This document shows positions 42,492-54,603 of a stretch of 64,000 nt of DNA, in pieces (positions within the stretch are counted from its first letter, which is position 1; every line of letters starts with the position of its first letter). Location: contig CAWBCJ010000026.1 of NCBI GenBank assembly GCA_963787255.1, positions 1-64,000 of the forward strand, read 5' to 3'. The DNA is from Methanobacteriota archaeon (lineage in GTDB: Archaea > Methanobacteriota > Methanobacteria > Methanobacteriales > Methanobacteriaceae). The translations under genes were made by a program, and so were the position numbers. A model generated the notes under the pieces. That model did no database searches and was not told where the DNA came from. It saw only the letters and a list, made by a program, of their open reading frames with translations.

Positions 42492-43556
42492 ATGCAAAGC
42501 ACTACCGATTTTATTAAGCAACACAAAGGAAAAATTATCATTTCTTTTGCAATTAGTTTTTTTATTATATTCCTTGTATCTTTTGTAGTTGGTTTACAGG
42601 ATATTGTAAACGTTTTAAGCAATACAAACATCTATTTAATGTTAATAACAGTAGTTTTAGAGATAATAATACTGTTGGCATGGACACAGAGATGGAAACT
42701 CATTTTAGGGGTTTTGCATAGTTCCATTAGATTTAAACAACTCTTTTTAATGTTGCTTACAAGTCAGTTTGGAAACAATGTTACTCCTGGCGCTGCAGGA
42801 GGGGAGCCACTGCGTGCTTATCTTCTTAATAAGTTTGAAAAAGTGCCATTTGAAACTGGTTTTGCATCTGCAAGTGCAGATAGAGTTTTTGAATTCTTTC
42901 CATTTGTATTGGTGTCCACATTAGCTGCCTATTTAATATTTACTTTGAATATTGGTTTTTGGACCAGTTTTTTGGTTAGTATACTTATAATAATAACTAT
43001 GATTTTTTTTGGACTGATAATATATGTTGGTCTTAAAAAAGAAGTTGCTACAAGGCTTATTCTTTCTGCTGCAAGGCGAATTTATCCTTTTGCAAAAAAG
43101 TTAACTTCTAAGGAAACCTCTTTTAGTGCCATTAGTGAAAAATTAATAAGTTATATTGAAACATTTACCACAGGTTTTCAAGGAGTATTGAGAGATCATA
43201 GAATGTTTATATTAGGACTTTTAATTTCTTTTGGAATGTGGGGACTGGATAGTTTACGTTTTTACCTTACATTTGGAGCAATAGGTTATTATCCTCCTAT
43301 TATACCTATGATAATAATTTATACAATAGGAATTTTGGTTTCTATACTCCCAACACTTCCGGGAGCTTTGGGTATCCGTGAAGGGGTTATGGTTGCTCTT
43401 TTCTTGCCAGTAGGAGTTCCTGCAGATGTTGTTCTTGCTGCATCTCTTTTAGATAGGCTAGTTACTTATATCCTACCTACAATTGTTGGTGCTATAACTA
43501 CAGTTTATTACGGTAGGAGATATAGGGAAAATAAGACGCGTTCTGCTCAGGTATGA
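42492..43556 (+). CDS. UPF0104 / LPG-synthase TM (flippase-like) membrane protein
   Basis: RW, NNVTPGAAGGEP.RAY, DR, LPGALGIRE, LLDR. Confidence 0.9.
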   Translation: MQSTTDFIKQHKGKIIISFAISFFIIFLVSFVVGLQDIVNVLSNTNIYLMLITVVLEIIILLAWTQRWKLILGVLHSSIRFKQLFLMLLTSQFGNNVTPGAAGGEPLRAYLLNKFEKVPFETGFASASADRVFEFFPFVLVSTLAAYLIFTLNIGFWTSFLVSILIIITMIFFGLIIYVGLKKEVATRLILSAARRIYPFAKKLTSKETSFSAISEKLISYIETFTTGFQGVLRDHRMFILGLLISFGMWGLDSLRFYLTFGAIGYYPPIIPMIIIYTIGILVSILPTLPGALGIREGVMVALFLPVGVPADVVLAASLLDRLVTYILPTIVGAITTVYYGRRYRENKTRSAQV

Positions 43557-43650
43557 TTAGTTTCATATATTTTTTTTATTTTTTTTTGTGAGTGCTTTAA
43601 ATCAATTTAAAAGCTTATATTGTAGTATAATATTTTATATTTAAAAATAT

Positions 43651-43665
43651 CGAAACATTTATATA
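43651..43665 (+). promoter_or_regulatory. BRE-TATA promoter of gar1-tfb
   Basis: CGAAACA-TTTATATA about 50 bp upstream of the gar1 ATG. Confidence 0.75.
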
Positions 43666-43714
43666 CTACTTTTCATCACTATAATAATATATAAAACTAT
43701 CGGTATGATGATAA

Positions 43715-43990
43715 ATGAAAAAATTAGGAAAAATCTCGCATATCACCAAAAAAGGCAAGATCGTAGTTAGATCTGTTGATACACCTGGTTTTGGACTACC
43801 TGTCTTCAATGAGAATAAAAAAAGGATTGGAAGTACCCAAGACGTCTTTGGACCTACAAAAAATCCATACATTACAGTTAAAGTCTATGCAAAAAATACT
43901 GAAAATCTCGACAAACGAGTTGGAGAGACATTGTTTGTATCATCAAAACCTATAAAAAAATGGGGGCGGAAAAAACGAAAGAAAAAATGA
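43715..43990 (+). CDS. gar1: H/ACA RNP protein Gar1/Naf1
   Basis: [22 protein letters not shown]; conserved position upstream of tfb. Confidence 0.9.
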   Translation: MKKLGKISHITKKGKIVVRSVDTPGFGLPVFNENKKRIGSTQDVFGPTKNPYITVKVYAKNTENLDKRVGETLFVSSKPIKKWGRKKRKKK

Positions 43991-44922
43991 AATACGACGT
44001 TTCAGAAATTGAAAAAGTTGAAACGAAGTGCCCAGAATGCGATTCTGATAAACTCATTAATGACCACGAACGTGGAGAAATTGTTTGTGGTGCATGTGGC
44101 CTGGTTATAGATGATAATTTAGTTGATATGGGGCCAGAATGGAGAGCCTTTGACCATGAGCAAAGGGATAAAAGAACTAGGGTAGGTGCCCCTATAACCT
44201 ATACAATCCACGATAAAGGTTTAAGTACCATGATCGACTGGAGAAATAAGGACATCTACGGTAGAGACATCCCTGCAAGAAACCGTGCCCAATGGTACCG
44301 TTTAAGAAAATGGCAGAGAAAAATAAGGATTTCCGGCGCTACAGAAAGAAACCTTGCATTCGCATTAAGCGAGCTTGATAGGGATTCATCAAGATTAGGT
44401 TTACCAAGAAGCGTAAGAGAAGCAGCATCAGTTGTATACAGAAGTGCTGTTGAAAACAAACTCATCAGAGGAAGAAGTATTGAAGGAGTAGTTGCAGCAT
44501 CACTATATGCAGCGTGCAGAAGATGTAACGTTCCGAGAACTCTTGATGAGATTGCAGAAGTATCCCGTGTAAGTAAAAAAGAAGTTGGAAGAACTTACAG
44601 ATTCTTAACTCGTGAACTTAACATTAAATTACCACCAACATCACCAGTGGACTACGTCCCACGATTTGCAAGTGAATTAAGCTTATCTGGTGAAGTACAA
44701 TCAAAAGCTATCGAAATAATCGAAAAAGCAATGGAAAAAGGCCTTACATCAGGTAGAGGACCTACAGGAGTTGCAGCAGCAGCTTTATACATTGCATCCG
44801 TACTTCTAGGTGAAAGAAAAACCCAAAGAGACGTTGCAGACATTGCGGGCGTAACTGAAGTTACCATCCGTAACAGATACAAAGAGCTCACAGAACAGCT
44901 CGACATGGGCGTAACTTTATAA
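43987..44922 (+). CDS. tfb: Transcription initiation factor IIB
   Basis: Zn ribbon CPEC..CGAC, GPEWRAF, two cyclin repeats, [12 protein letters not shown]. Confidence 0.99.
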   Translation: MKYDVSEIEKVETKCPECDSDKLINDHERGEIVCGACGLVIDDNLVDMGPEWRAFDHEQRDKRTRVGAPITYTIHDKGLSTMIDWRNKDIYGRDIPARNRAQWYRLRKWQRKIRISGATERNLAFALSELDRDSSRLGLPRSVREAASVVYRSAVENKLIRGRSIEGVVAASLYAACRRCNVPRTLDEIAEVSRVSKKEVGRTYRFLTRELNIKLPPTSPVDYVPRFASELSLSGEVQSKAIEIIEKAMEKGLTSGRGPTGVAAAALYIASVLLGERKTQRDVADIAGVTEVTIRNRYKELTEQLDMGVTL

Positions 44923-45315
44923 GTTACTCTCACCGTCCAACCTTTCCGTGATATTTCAGTTGCTTTTAAGAATGCATGGTTTTTTGATCCGCAAAAACAC
45001 AGCATCCAGGAAGTTGCAGGCAATTACGTTATCATTTATGGGGATGAAACCTGTGCAGTTCTTGCACATATGAAAAAAGGTTCCATAAAAGTTAAAAAGG
45101 GTGATGATATTAATTCTGGAGATTTAGTTGGTAATATTGGCCATTCTGGTAATTCCACAGCACCACATCTTCATTTTCACCTTATGGACAGTCCTGATCC
45201 CATTACTGCTAAAGGTATTCCCTGTTGTTTTAAAGAATATGAATTATATCTTAATGGCAACTGGATTAAAATAAATAATGGAATACCCAAAAATAAGGAT
45301 AGAATTCGCTTTTAA
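44923..45315 (+). pseudogene. 5'-truncated M23 family metallopeptidase
   Basis: AGNYVII..LAHMKKGS..V..GD..GHSGNSTAPHLHF; no start codon and no HxxxD motif. Confidence 0.8.
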
Positions 45316-45414
45316 ACTTTTATATACCATATCCAAAAAAAAAGAAGATCCTAAAGAGTGTGAATAAAAAAAAATATCCTTTGAATAATCTTTTATGAGG
45401 GGGGATGCTTATAA

Positions 45415-45993
45415 ATGAATAAGACAGAAATTTATTATTTTTCAGGTACAGGGAATTCTCTTGTTGTTGCAAGAGATATTGCAGAAAAAATGGAAGGAAA
45501 TTTAATATCCATACCCTCTATGATGGATAAAGAAAGAATAAAAACTGATGCAGATATAATTGGAATTGTATTTCCTGTTTATTATCTAGGAACTGTCAAT
45601 ATTCCCCTTGTTGTCCAGCGATTTGTCATGAAACTGGATGAAATAAGTACAAAATACATTTTTGCAGTATGTACATATGGCGGAGGATCTGGCCCCACAC
45701 TAAAAATGCTGGATGAAATGATCAAAGCACGTGGTGGCCGAATTTCATCGGGATTCGGCGTTCACATGCCTCAAAACGCTTTTAGGAAGCCATTTGAGAA
45801 TAAAACAAAGCTTTACAATAACTGGAAAGAGAAAAAGCTTGACTTTATTTATGAACATGTAAATGAGAAAAATGAAGGCTGGTTTGATACCGATGGCCTA
45901 TTTATTAGATCATTTTTGAACATTTTGCATATAATGATGAATTTTTTTTTATTCCCCTTATTATATAACCATTACATAAAAATCTGTTTTTAA
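45415..45993 (+). pseudogene. EFR1-family flavodoxin-ferredoxin, C-terminal 4Fe-4S domain missing
   Basis: IYYFSGTGNSL, IGIVFPVY, YIFAVCTYGG, MPQN; no CxxC ferredoxin follows. Confidence 0.75.
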
Positions 45994-46259
45994 AACAAAT
46001 TTTTCTATAGTATTAGTTCCTATAGGAATTAATTTATCCAAATTTTTACTTCTAATATAAAGAATTTGATAATATGTAAAACAGTCACTCCATGGGCAAT
46101 TACACTAAATATTATACTGTGATAAAAGATTGCCAGAAGAAAGAAACAATTAGAAATCTTATTTGAAAAGTTAAAAAACATTGAAAAAAACAGATGAAAT
46201 AAAATCTGAAAATGGAAGATAATAAAAAAATAATAGTTGAAAAAGAAAAATAAGTTATT

Positions 46260-46460
46260 TTAAAATATTCTTCCTCTAAAAACAAACAATAAATACACTA
46301 TAATTAAAACAGCGAATGCAACGTACAGTATTTTTCTTGTACGCATTACTTTTCTCTGATTTTCTGCAATAATTTGTTCACATTTAGGAGAACAAAATCT
46401 TTCATCCATAGGAATAGGAGTTCCACATGTTGGACAGTGTTTATGTGGTTCAGTCATCAT
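46260..46460 (-). CDS. DUF2116 zinc-ribbon membrane protein
   Basis: [18 protein letters not shown] plus C-terminal TM. Confidence 0.9.
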   Translation of the reverse strand: MMTEPHKHCPTCGTPIPMDERFCSPKCEQIIAENQRKVMRTRKILYVAFAVLIIVYLLFVFRGRIF

Positions 46461-46636
46461 TTACACCTCAGTTAATTTTGATATATTATAAAAAGCTTAA
46501 AAATAGCCAATAATAAAATTATTTATATTTAAAAAAACTATTCTAAACATTATAAAAATCATTTTTCTATTTCATCTTCTATATTTATAAAGACTACTAT
46601 AAAAAAATAAAAAATCATCCTAATAAACTAGAATAT

Positions 46637-47311
46637 TCAATCAGGGATAATTGTAGTTCCTATTTCAGTATTTACAGCTTTTAAAATATTTTCAGGATTT
46701 TCACCATTAACAATTCTTGTTTTTATACTGGAACGCTTGATAATTTGAATCGCAGTCATATCAAAGAACTCATAAGTGCCTGCCTTAATCTCTTTACGGC
46801 TTAAAATGGACATCATTTCGGTTGGAGTAATTTTTTCATACATTTTAGCATCATCATACTTGTTAGGATCTTTATCGTATAATCCATCCACAGATGTGGC
46901 ATTTATCAAAAGATCAGCACATACAAACTCGGCAAGAATACTTCCAACAGCATCCGTACTGTGTGCCGGCTCTGTACCACCCATAACTACAATTTTACCT
47001 GATACCGCAAATTCCATCGCCTCATGAAAGTTATTTGCAACACGAGGATAGGCAGCATCACCTAAAGCCATAATCAAGAGTTTAGCGTTCAACCTTGTTA
47101 CTTCAATCCCTATATCATCACAAGCTGCTTCTGAAGTGCCCAGACCTCTGGCAATCCCTATATATTCTCTGGCAGGTTTCCCACCTCCAACTACAACAAA
47201 AATTTCATTTTCATTTTTCATTTCCAATAAAACGTCAGCATAATCTTTAAATTTTTTATGATCTCCATCTTTAATTAGTATAGATCCACCTACTGTAACT
47301 ACAATTTTCAT
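46637..47311 (-). CDS. pyrH: UMP kinase
   Basis: [30 protein letters not shown]. Confidence 0.97.
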   Translation of the reverse strand: MKIVVTVGGSILIKDGDHKKFKDYADVLLEMKNENEIFVVVGGGKPAREYIGIARGLGTSEAACDDIGIEVTRLNAKLLIMALGDAAYPRVANNFHEAMEFAVSGKIVVMGGTEPAHSTDAVGSILAEFVCADLLINATSVDGLYDKDPNKYDDAKMYEKITPTEMMSILSRKEIKAGTYEFFDMTAIQIIKRSSIKTRIVNGENPENILKAVNTEIGTTIIPD

Positions 47312-47585
47312 TTTATCACCGATGCTATAGATAAATAGAATTCAAGGAATATAAATATAATTAACATTTAGAACCATTATTTAGTTTATTTCTTTTACTT
47401 TCATTTCAATTCATATAATAGATAAATATAATTTCTTGAATATATTAATATAAAAGCATGAATTAATTTAATCTAATTATTATATTAGAGATATAATATA
47501 AAAATAAATAACATATGTGTTCATCTTTTAAATTAACCAATTTAATTTATTGATTAAATATTTCTATTATTAAGGAGTGATTTTT

Positions 47586-48815
47586 TTGGCTGAAGTATCA
47601 TCAAAAGAGTTATACGAGTTTAAAAGAACTATTGAAGAACTCGCAGATAAAAAGGGTAGGGGAACAGAACTCGTATCCGTTTATATCCCGCCAGATAAGC
47701 AGGTGAGTGATGTTGTAAAACACATGCGGGAAGAATTAAGTCAAAGTGCAAATATTAAGAGTAAATCAACAAAAAAGAATGTTCAATCTGCTATTGAAGT
47801 AATCGTGCAGAGATTGAGACTTTTTCCTAAACCTCCAGAACATGGACTCCTTCTTTTTGTGGGAATGATTCCTAAAGGAGGTCCGGGGACGGAAAAAATG
47901 GAAACTTACGTTTTTGAGCCTCCAGAACCCATACAAACATATACTTATCACTGTAATTCAGAATTTTTCCTGAAACCTCTTCAGGAGATGCTTAATGTAA
48001 AGGAAACATACGGACTGGCAGTTTTAGATAGAAAAGAAGCTACCATTGCAACTTTACGCGGAAAACGTATAGATATCATAAAAACACTTACTAGTGGTGT
48101 TCCAGGTAAGCATAAGGCTGGTGGGCAATCACAGCGAAGGTTTGATCGTTTAATTGAGCTTGCAGCTCATGAATTCCTTAAAAGAATTGGAGATCACATG
48201 AACGATGCTTTTTTACCAATAGAGGATTTAGAAGGCATAATATTAGGGGGTCCGGGACATACAAAAGAAGATTTCCTTAAAGGAGATTATTTACACTACG
48301 AACTTAAAAATAAGGTTATTACTACCGTAGATACCTCATATACTGGTGAATTTGGAATAAGGGAAGTTATCGATAAGTCTATGGATGTTTTAACTGAAAT
48401 AGACATAATGAGGGAAAAAAAGCTTGTTCAAAGATTTTTAAGGGAATTAATAAGCGAAGATGGACTTGCCTCATATGGTGAAGCTGATGTAAGGAAAAAT
48501 CTTGAAATGGGTGCAGTAGAAGTACTTCTTTTATCTGAAGACCTTAAATCAAGAAGAGAAATGTATGAATGTCCTTCATGTGGATTTGTTCAAAATGAAA
48601 CAATTAAAGATGTGGATGAATCTGAGGAACAACAGTGTCCGCAGTGCGGTGAGAAAATGAAGGAAGAAAGGGCTAAGGATGTTATCGACGATTTTGTGGA
48701 AATGGCCGAGGAAGTAGGCTCTGAAGTTGAGCTAGTATCAACAGAAACTGAAGAAGGAATGCAGCTTTTCAGGGCATTTGGTGGAATTGCAGCTATATTG
48801 AGATATAGAGTTTAA
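47586..48815 (+). CDS. prf1: Peptide chain release factor aRF1
   Basis: [30 protein letters not shown]; TTG start after GGAGTGA. Confidence 0.98.
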   Translation: MAEVSSKELYEFKRTIEELADKKGRGTELVSVYIPPDKQVSDVVKHMREELSQSANIKSKSTKKNVQSAIEVIVQRLRLFPKPPEHGLLLFVGMIPKGGPGTEKMETYVFEPPEPIQTYTYHCNSEFFLKPLQEMLNVKETYGLAVLDRKEATIATLRGKRIDIIKTLTSGVPGKHKAGGQSQRRFDRLIELAAHEFLKRIGDHMNDAFLPIEDLEGIILGGPGHTKEDFLKGDYLHYELKNKVITTVDTSYTGEFGIREVIDKSMDVLTEIDIMREKKLVQRFLRELISEDGLASYGEADVRKNLEMGAVEVLLLSEDLKSRREMYECPSCGFVQNETIKDVDESEEQQCPQCGEKMKEERAKDVIDDFVEMAEEVGSEVELVSTETEEGMQLFRAFGGIAAILRYRV

Positions 48816-48868
48816 AAGTATACCCCCCATTTATTTAAAAGAAAAAATGTAAATATAGTAAAATATGT

Positions 48869-49468
48869 CTATCCTAGTCTACTTACACGAATCAATGATT
48901 CTACGGGAACGTTTCCAATTTCAGAGATTCCTTTTTTGTCAATAAGGACAACTACACCTAATGGATCTGCTCCTAGGCTGTTTAAAACATCAATTGCTTC
49001 GTTGATTGTTCTTCCGCTTGTTATAACGTCATCAACAATTACAACCTTTTTTCCATCTACCGACGCGAAATTACTGCTTATAACTCCTTTTGCATCTTCT
49101 TCTTTTCTGTGCTTTATTGGGTGAAATACCGTCATGTCCGCGCCAATTATTTCTGCCATCATGGTTGCAAACGGCACTCCGCTAACAGTTATACCAACTA
49201 CAACTTCAACATCGCCATATTCAAGGGCTAAATTTGCCATTGCTGCAGATACATACATCATTCTTGCTGAGCTACTGCCAAGGTTCTTCCAATCTATTGC
49301 AAAATCAATAGGGGCTTTTTGCGCCTCAGTTTCTATTTTTTTACCACTCATTTGCAAAACAAGCCATCTTGCAGTATCTTTAGACACATTAAGTTCGTCT
49401 GCTATTTCGCCGGTGGTAAAACCTCTGCTTCTTAATTCATAAGCCTTTTTTATAAGCTCTTCGTTCAT
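48869..49468 (-). CDS. gfcR: PyrE-like HTH-PRTase protein (GfcR family regulator)
   Basis: [31 protein letters not shown]. Confidence 0.85.
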   Translation of the reverse strand: MNEELIKKAYELRSRGFTTGEIADELNVSKDTARWLVLQMSGKKIETEAQKAPIDFAIDWKNLGSSSARMMYVSAAMANLALEYGDVEVVVGITVSGVPFATMMAEIIGADMTVFHPIKHRKEEDAKGVISSNFASVDGKKVVIVDDVITSGRTINEAIDVLNSLGADPLGVVVLIDKKGISEIGNVPVESLIRVSRLG

Positions 49469-49535
49469 AAAAACACACATCCAAATTATTGAAGACTACA
49501 TAATGATTTCTTTTTTTACATCCAACCATTTCTTT

Positions 49536-50486
49536 TTAATCGTTTATATCTACAGGGGAATTATCTTTTGCCGATTTCATAGCTGCAGTTACAACTTTAA
49601 GAGCATGTATCCCATCTTCACCAGTTATCTTAGGATCTTCATCATTTTTAACTGCAGATAAGAAAGAACTTAGTTCTTCTCTTAAAGGCTCCTTGTAAGG
49701 TACATCAACATTTTGTGTTGATTTACCGTATACATTCACGCTCTGATCAATGTAATCAATGGCTATTATCCCGTCAACACCTGTAATCTCAAGTTTCCTT
49801 TTTTTGTAGGGTGTAAGCCAATTAACTTCAAGCATACCTATGATACCATTTTTAAATTTGCTCATTATCTCTGCATGATCTTCATATTCGCATTTTTCCA
49901 GCCTACTTCCCATATTTGCATATATTCTAGATACCGGACTTTCAAAGAGATAAAACATAATGTCAACTTCATGTATTGCCAAATCTATGGCCACTCCAAC
50001 ATCCTTTATTCTTGGCGGGAAAGGCCCTACTCTTTTAGCTGATGCAGAAACAACTTCACCAATAACGTTACTTTTTATAAGTTCCTTTGATTTTTCCACT
50101 GCCGGATTAAACCTTTCAACATGACCTGTTGCCAGTTTAACCCCTTCGTCCTTGGCAGCTTTCACCATTGTTTTTGCTTCTCTTAAGGTAAATGCTATAG
50201 GTTTTTCTACCAGCACATGTTTTCCATGTTCTATTGCATCCATAACAACATTGAAATGGTGAGTTGTAGGAACACATACACTTACGGCATCTATTTCAGG
50301 CATTTCAAGGATTTCATTGTAATCCATAAATCCTTTAGTGTTATATTCTTTTGAAACTTCTTCTGATTTCTCCTTTAATAAATCAGATATTGCCATAAGA
50401 TTAGCATTCTCAAGTTTGGAATAAACTCTAGCATGGTTGTGGCCCATTGCCCCCACACCAATTACTCCTACATTTACCTTGTTCAC
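49536..50486 (-). CDS. Gfo/Idh/MocA oxidoreductase (UDP-GlcNAc 3-dehydrogenase-like)
   Basis: GVIGVGAMG, HVLVEKP, GHVERFNPA, DLAIHEVD, NWLTP. Confidence 0.88.
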   Translation of the reverse strand: MNKVNVGVIGVGAMGHNHARVYSKLENANLMAISDLLKEKSEEVSKEYNTKGFMDYNEILEMPEIDAVSVCVPTTHHFNVVMDAIEHGKHVLVEKPIAFTLREAKTMVKAAKDEGVKLATGHVERFNPAVEKSKELIKSNVIGEVVSASAKRVGPFPPRIKDVGVAIDLAIHEVDIMFYLFESPVSRIYANMGSRLEKCEYEDHAEIMSKFKNGIIGMLEVNWLTPYKKRKLEITGVDGIIAIDYIDQSVNVYGKSTQNVDVPYKEPLREELSSFLSAVKNDEDPKITGEDGIHALKVVTAAMKSAKDNSPVDIND

Positions 50487-51352
50487 AAATAATCCTCCAT
50501 GATTTTTGCAGCTTCCCTGCCTATTTTTTCTGCATCGTTTATTGAACCGTTAACTTCAGCTTTGGAAAGCACTTCTCCGTTTTTGTCAAGTAAAATACTG
50601 TAAAGTTTTAATTCATTGTTTCTTGCCCTTGCAGAAACACCTAAAGGCCATTGACACCCGACACCAAGTTCTGCAAGCACTGTTTTTTCGGCAATTACTT
50701 CTTTTGATGATTGAAAGTGATTTAATTTCTCTAAATCAACTCTTGCTTTACTATCGCCTCTTGCAACCACTGCCAGTGCACCTTGCCCTGCAGCAGGAGT
50801 AAAGTATTCAACAGGAAAAACTTGTTTAATAAACTTTGTAAGACCGAGCCTTTTTATACCTGCTTCTGCCATTATAGTAGCTTCATATTCTCTGTCGGTT
50901 ACTTTTTTTATCCTTGTATCTATATTTCCTCTTATTGGTTTTATATTTAAGTTTTTTTTGTGATAATTACAGAATGCTTCTCTTCTGAGACTGCTTGTTC
51001 CCATTGATGCTCCTTCAGGAAGTTCTTCCCAGCTGTAGGATGATACGAGCACTTCGTTTGGGGATTCTCTTTCGGGAACAGCTACTATCTCTAAATCTCC
51101 TGCAAGCTCAGTTGGAAGGTCTTTTAGGCTGTGAACCGCAAAATCAACATCTTCATCTAAAACTGCTTTATCCAGCTCTTTTGTAAATATGCCTTTAACA
51201 TCTATGGTGTAAAGCTGTGAATCGGTGATTTTGTCTCCTGTAGTTTTTATTACTTCCAGATCAATTTCTTTATTTATTATTTTTGATAACTGATTGATTA
51301 TATTTTTTGTTTGGGTCATTGCTAAGTTGCTTCCTCTGGTGCCCACTTTCAA
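50483..51352 (-). CDS. hemC: Hydroxymethylbilane synthase
   Basis: GTRGS.LA, TTGD, AVHSLKD, GTSSLRR, RGNIDTR, GCQWP. Confidence 0.97.
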   Translation of the reverse strand: MKVGTRGSNLAMTQTKNIINQLSKIINKEIDLEVIKTTGDKITDSQLYTIDVKGIFTKELDKAVLDEDVDFAVHSLKDLPTELAGDLEIVAVPERESPNEVLVSSYSWEELPEGASMGTSSLRREAFCNYHKKNLNIKPIRGNIDTRIKKVTDREYEATIMAEAGIKRLGLTKFIKQVFPVEYFTPAAGQGALAVVARGDSKARVDLEKLNHFQSSKEVIAEKTVLAELGVGCQWPLGVSARARNNELKLYSILLDKNGEVLSKAEVNGSINDAEKIGREAAKIMEDYL

Positions 51353-51475
51353 ATAATCCTCTCCACAATAATGTTAAATGTAATTATAAATTTCAAATAT
51401 AAAATCTCACTTTTAAGCTGCTGAATGGTTCTATAAATCAATTTATAAAAGATTTTTTTTTTATTCAAAGAACTT

Positions 51476-52834
51476 TTATCTTTTTGAAATATCTGAAAAA
51501 TTGGATCTATAAATTAAAAGAATCATATTAGAATTCATTCTTACGGCTTCTTCAATAGCATTATTAAAATCAGTATATTTAAATTTTCGTTTTATCTGAG
51601 TACTGATATTTTTTCCAAGTTCGTCAACTAATAAAAGTTTTATTTTTTCATCCATTTTGTTAAAAAATTCTGCTGCAGCCTCTTCATCTATTTCTTCACA
51701 TGTTACCCCGTATTTACCTCCGAAAATTACTGCCGGAGATTCATAGTCTTCAATCATCTGTACCGATTTTTTAATGGCTGTAACATTAATTCCAGGGTTT
51801 ATTTCTTCTATAATTTGTGCATCTCCATAATCTCTAACGGAAGTACGCCCATCAACACCTTTAAAACTTTTTATTCCTTCTATAATTTGATTTATTGGAG
51901 TATTAAGCGATAATGATGTGCATATAGCACAAAGGGCATTCATCAAGTGATGTTCTGCAGGAGCAAATGTTTCAATCTCAAATGAAGTATTCAAAACTTC
52001 CCCGCTTTTGGTTTGGAGATCATTTATATTAATTTTAGAAGTAGTTTTATCCAGGCTGTAATTGATGTTAGATGCACTAACTGTTGCATTAGAGTTAATA
52101 CCAAAAGTGTTTACATTTGCATTAATATTAAAATAATAACGGTTAAATGAATCAAAATCACATACAATCAGGCGGCTTTTAAATATCTGTGATTTAGCAT
52201 GACTTGCAGTCTTTTTACCAGATGCTATGGGGTAATTTTCGGCAATATTAGTAATCACACCAACATCAGCAAGCCCTGTTCCTCCAAGAGACATTTCAAA
52301 TAGACATATTCCTATATTGTAGTCTTTTGCTAACTCCCACGCTTTCAAAATACTTGCAGGAGTTATACTTATATTCCGCTTTAAAATAGTGTTTTCACCA
52401 TTTTCTATAATTTCTATACCTAAACTGCTTAAAATAAGAGGATTTAAATCTTTAAAAATTTCTTTAAGCATCCATACAACGCTTGTTTTTCCTTTAACTC
52501 CAGTAACTTCAATTACAGGAACATTAATTCTATTTTCCAATAGTAGTTTTATTGCCTCATGATGAGTCATATCAACCTTGGATTGGATATTGCAATGTAT
52601 TGGAGCTACCACTAAAAATTCGTCCTTTAAATCACTTTTAATATTATAGTCATTTATTATTTCTAAAAATTCTTCCCCAACAAATTCAATGCCCTTTTTA
52701 ACAAGAAGCGCTTTTTTTTTATCAGATAAAGTTTTATATATATCCAATGCAAAAACGTTGTAATTATCCATTTTTGAAAATTCAGAAGCAATTAATGCTC
52801 CTCCGTGGGTCATGTCGATAATAAGAACGTTCAT
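51476..52834 (-). CDS. cfbE: Coenzyme F430 synthase (Mur-ligase family)
   Basis: DMTHGG, APIH, EVTGVKGKTS, SITPAS, EMSLGGTG, NIAENYPIA. Confidence 0.9.
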   Translation of the reverse strand: MNVLIIDMTHGGALIASEFSKMDNYNVFALDIYKTLSDKKKALLVKKGIEFVGEEFLEIINDYNIKSDLKDEFLVVAPIHCNIQSKVDMTHHEAIKLLLENRINVPVIEVTGVKGKTSVVWMLKEIFKDLNPLILSSLGIEIIENGENTILKRNISITPASILKAWELAKDYNIGICLFEMSLGGTGLADVGVITNIAENYPIASGKKTASHAKSQIFKSRLIVCDFDSFNRYYFNINANVNTFGINSNATVSASNINYSLDKTTSKININDLQTKSGEVLNTSFEIETFAPAEHHLMNALCAICTSLSLNTPINQIIEGIKSFKGVDGRTSVRDYGDAQIIEEINPGINVTAIKKSVQMIEDYESPAVIFGGKYGVTCEEIDEEAAAEFFNKMDEKIKLLLVDELGKNISTQIKRKFKYTDFNNAIEEAVRMNSNMILLIYRSNFSDISKR

Positions 52835-52904
52835 ATAGTGCACTGGCTCCTTTTATAGCAGTATTATGATAATTGAAAAAAATATGGATTCTATTTAAAA
52901 TTTT

Positions 52905-53759
52905 TTAAACATTATAATTAACTGAATCTATTCCGCCTTTCATGAGCTTTTCCCTTACTTTTTTATAGAATTCTTTAGTTAATCTCACAAAATAAGCATT
53001 TTCCGTTGATTTTTGGAATACCACTTCTTCCATATAATTTATCTCTTCCTCATATTGTCCATCAATAACGGCGATAGCTTTTTTACCTTCCCTTAATAAT
53101 TTAACCCTGATTAAACTTTCTCCTGAAACCACTGTAGGGCGCGATCCAAGCTTAAATGGACAAATAGGAACTATTATGAATGCATCTACTCGAGGATCCA
53201 CTATTGGACCGCCTGCAGACATGGAATAAGCAGTTGAACCACTTGGAGTTGCAACAATAAGTCCATCTGCCCTTAATTCTTCCACTATCTCGTCATCTAC
53301 CCTAATTTCAATATGAAGCATTTTTGCAGGCTTCCGGGTCATTAAAACTACTTCATTTAATGCCGGAGCTAAATCTTTGTTGTGCCATACTTCCAGACGT
53401 GTACGTTCTTCAACAAAGTAATTACCCGCTAATACTTCTTTTAATGCATGAAAAGTTTCTTCAGGACCAATTTCTGTTAGGAAACCTACAGTTCCCATGT
53501 TTATTCCAAATAGTGGTATTTTTTTGCCAACAATAAGGCTTTGGGTCCTTAGGATTGTCCCATCACCACCAATGGCAATTATTATATCTGCTTCCATTTT
53601 AGAAAGTTCAGTGGATAAATCATGATATTTACTAAGCCCCTTCACAATAAGAGGATCTAAAAGCACCTCTATATTCTCCTTAATTAAAAAATCAGCAATT
53701 TCACCAGCAAGTTCTACACCCCGGTGGATATCATGGCGTGTTACAATACCTATCCGCAT
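52905..53759 (-). CDS. nadK: NAD kinase
   Basis: GGDGT, GINMGTVGFL, LNE, DGLIVATPSGSTAYSMSAGGP. Confidence 0.96.
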   Translation of the reverse strand: MRIGIVTRHDIHRGVELAGEIADFLIKENIEVLLDPLIVKGLSKYHDLSTELSKMEADIIIAIGGDGTILRTQSLIVGKKIPLFGINMGTVGFLTEIGPEETFHALKEVLAGNYFVEERTRLEVWHNKDLAPALNEVVLMTRKPAKMLHIEIRVDDEIVEELRADGLIVATPSGSTAYSMSAGGPIVDPRVDAFIIVPICPFKLGSRPTVVSGESLIRVKLLREGKKAIAVIDGQYEEEINYMEEVVFQKSTENAYFVRLTKEFYKKVREKLMKGGIDSVNYNV

Positions 53760-54598
53760 TAAAAACCCCCTATAACTCTAATAATATCATTATGAATCTT
53801 TAAATTACAAGCTGAAATTACAGATGTCCGTTCTTTAACATTTAATTTGTTATTAAGCGTTTTCCCATTTTCGTCTGTTATTATGCCGCCTGACTCTTCA
53901 ATTATAAGTTTTGCTGCAGCTATATCTACAATTCTTAAATTTCCCCTAATATCTAAAAATGCATCGTATGTTCCATCCCCAACATAACATAATTCAATGG
54001 CCACAGAACCTAAAAGCCGTATTCTTCTTACAATATTGCTTAGTTTATTTATTTTGTTCATTTTAGCCCCGCGGATATATACTCCAATTGATGAATGTTC
54101 TAAATTTTCCTGGGAAGATGTAGTTAACTTTTCATCATTTAAGTATGCCCCATTATCTTTAAAAGCTTCGTAAAGGTCTCCGTTTGCAAGATTTTTAACA
54201 AAGCCCATTTCAATATCCTGCAGTGTCAGTTCATTTAAAGATTTAGTAGAAGCATCCACTATGGCAATAGAAATACCATAAGCTGGAATGCTTTTTAGAG
54301 CATTAACAGTTCCATCAAGGGGATCAACTACAAAAACAACTTCGGAAGGCTTATCTCCTATTTTGAACTCACCTATCTCTTCACTAACTAGCGTAACAGG
54401 CCTTCCCGTGCTTTTTAGAACTTCTATCACTTTCTCTTCGGCTACTTCATCAATTAACTTTGTTGGAGTGCCATCAGCACCCATTTTAACAGTTTTACCT
54501 GCCTTTTCCCTTCCAACAAGTGGAAAAACAGCTTCTTCAACTTCATAAATTATTTGATGAGATATCTCCTTCCAAAACTTAATTTCAACTTCTTTCAT
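53759..54598 (-). CDS. Inositol monophosphatase/FBPase/NADP phosphatase family protein
   Basis: GADGTPT, SEE, DPLDGT.NA, RLLGS, RIVDIAA; stop/start overlap with nadK. Confidence 0.92.
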   Translation of the reverse strand: MKEVEIKFWKEISHQIIYEVEEAVFPLVGREKAGKTVKMGADGTPTKLIDEVAEEKVIEVLKSTGRPVTLVSEEIGEFKIGDKPSEVVFVVDPLDGTVNALKSIPAYGISIAIVDASTKSLNELTLQDIEMGFVKNLANGDLYEAFKDNGAYLNDEKLTTSSQENLEHSSIGVYIRGAKMNKINKLSNIVRRIRLLGSVAIELCYVGDGTYDAFLDIRGNLRIVDIAAAKLIIEESGGIITDENGKTLNNKLNVKERTSVISACNLKIHNDIIRVIGGF

Positions 54599-54603
54599 TA
54601 TAA

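Noticed and set aside
53755-53765. Frameshifted NADP phosphatase-NAD kinase fusion
   Set aside because: A clean TAATG stop/start overlap with a GGGGGT SD indicates two coupled genes.
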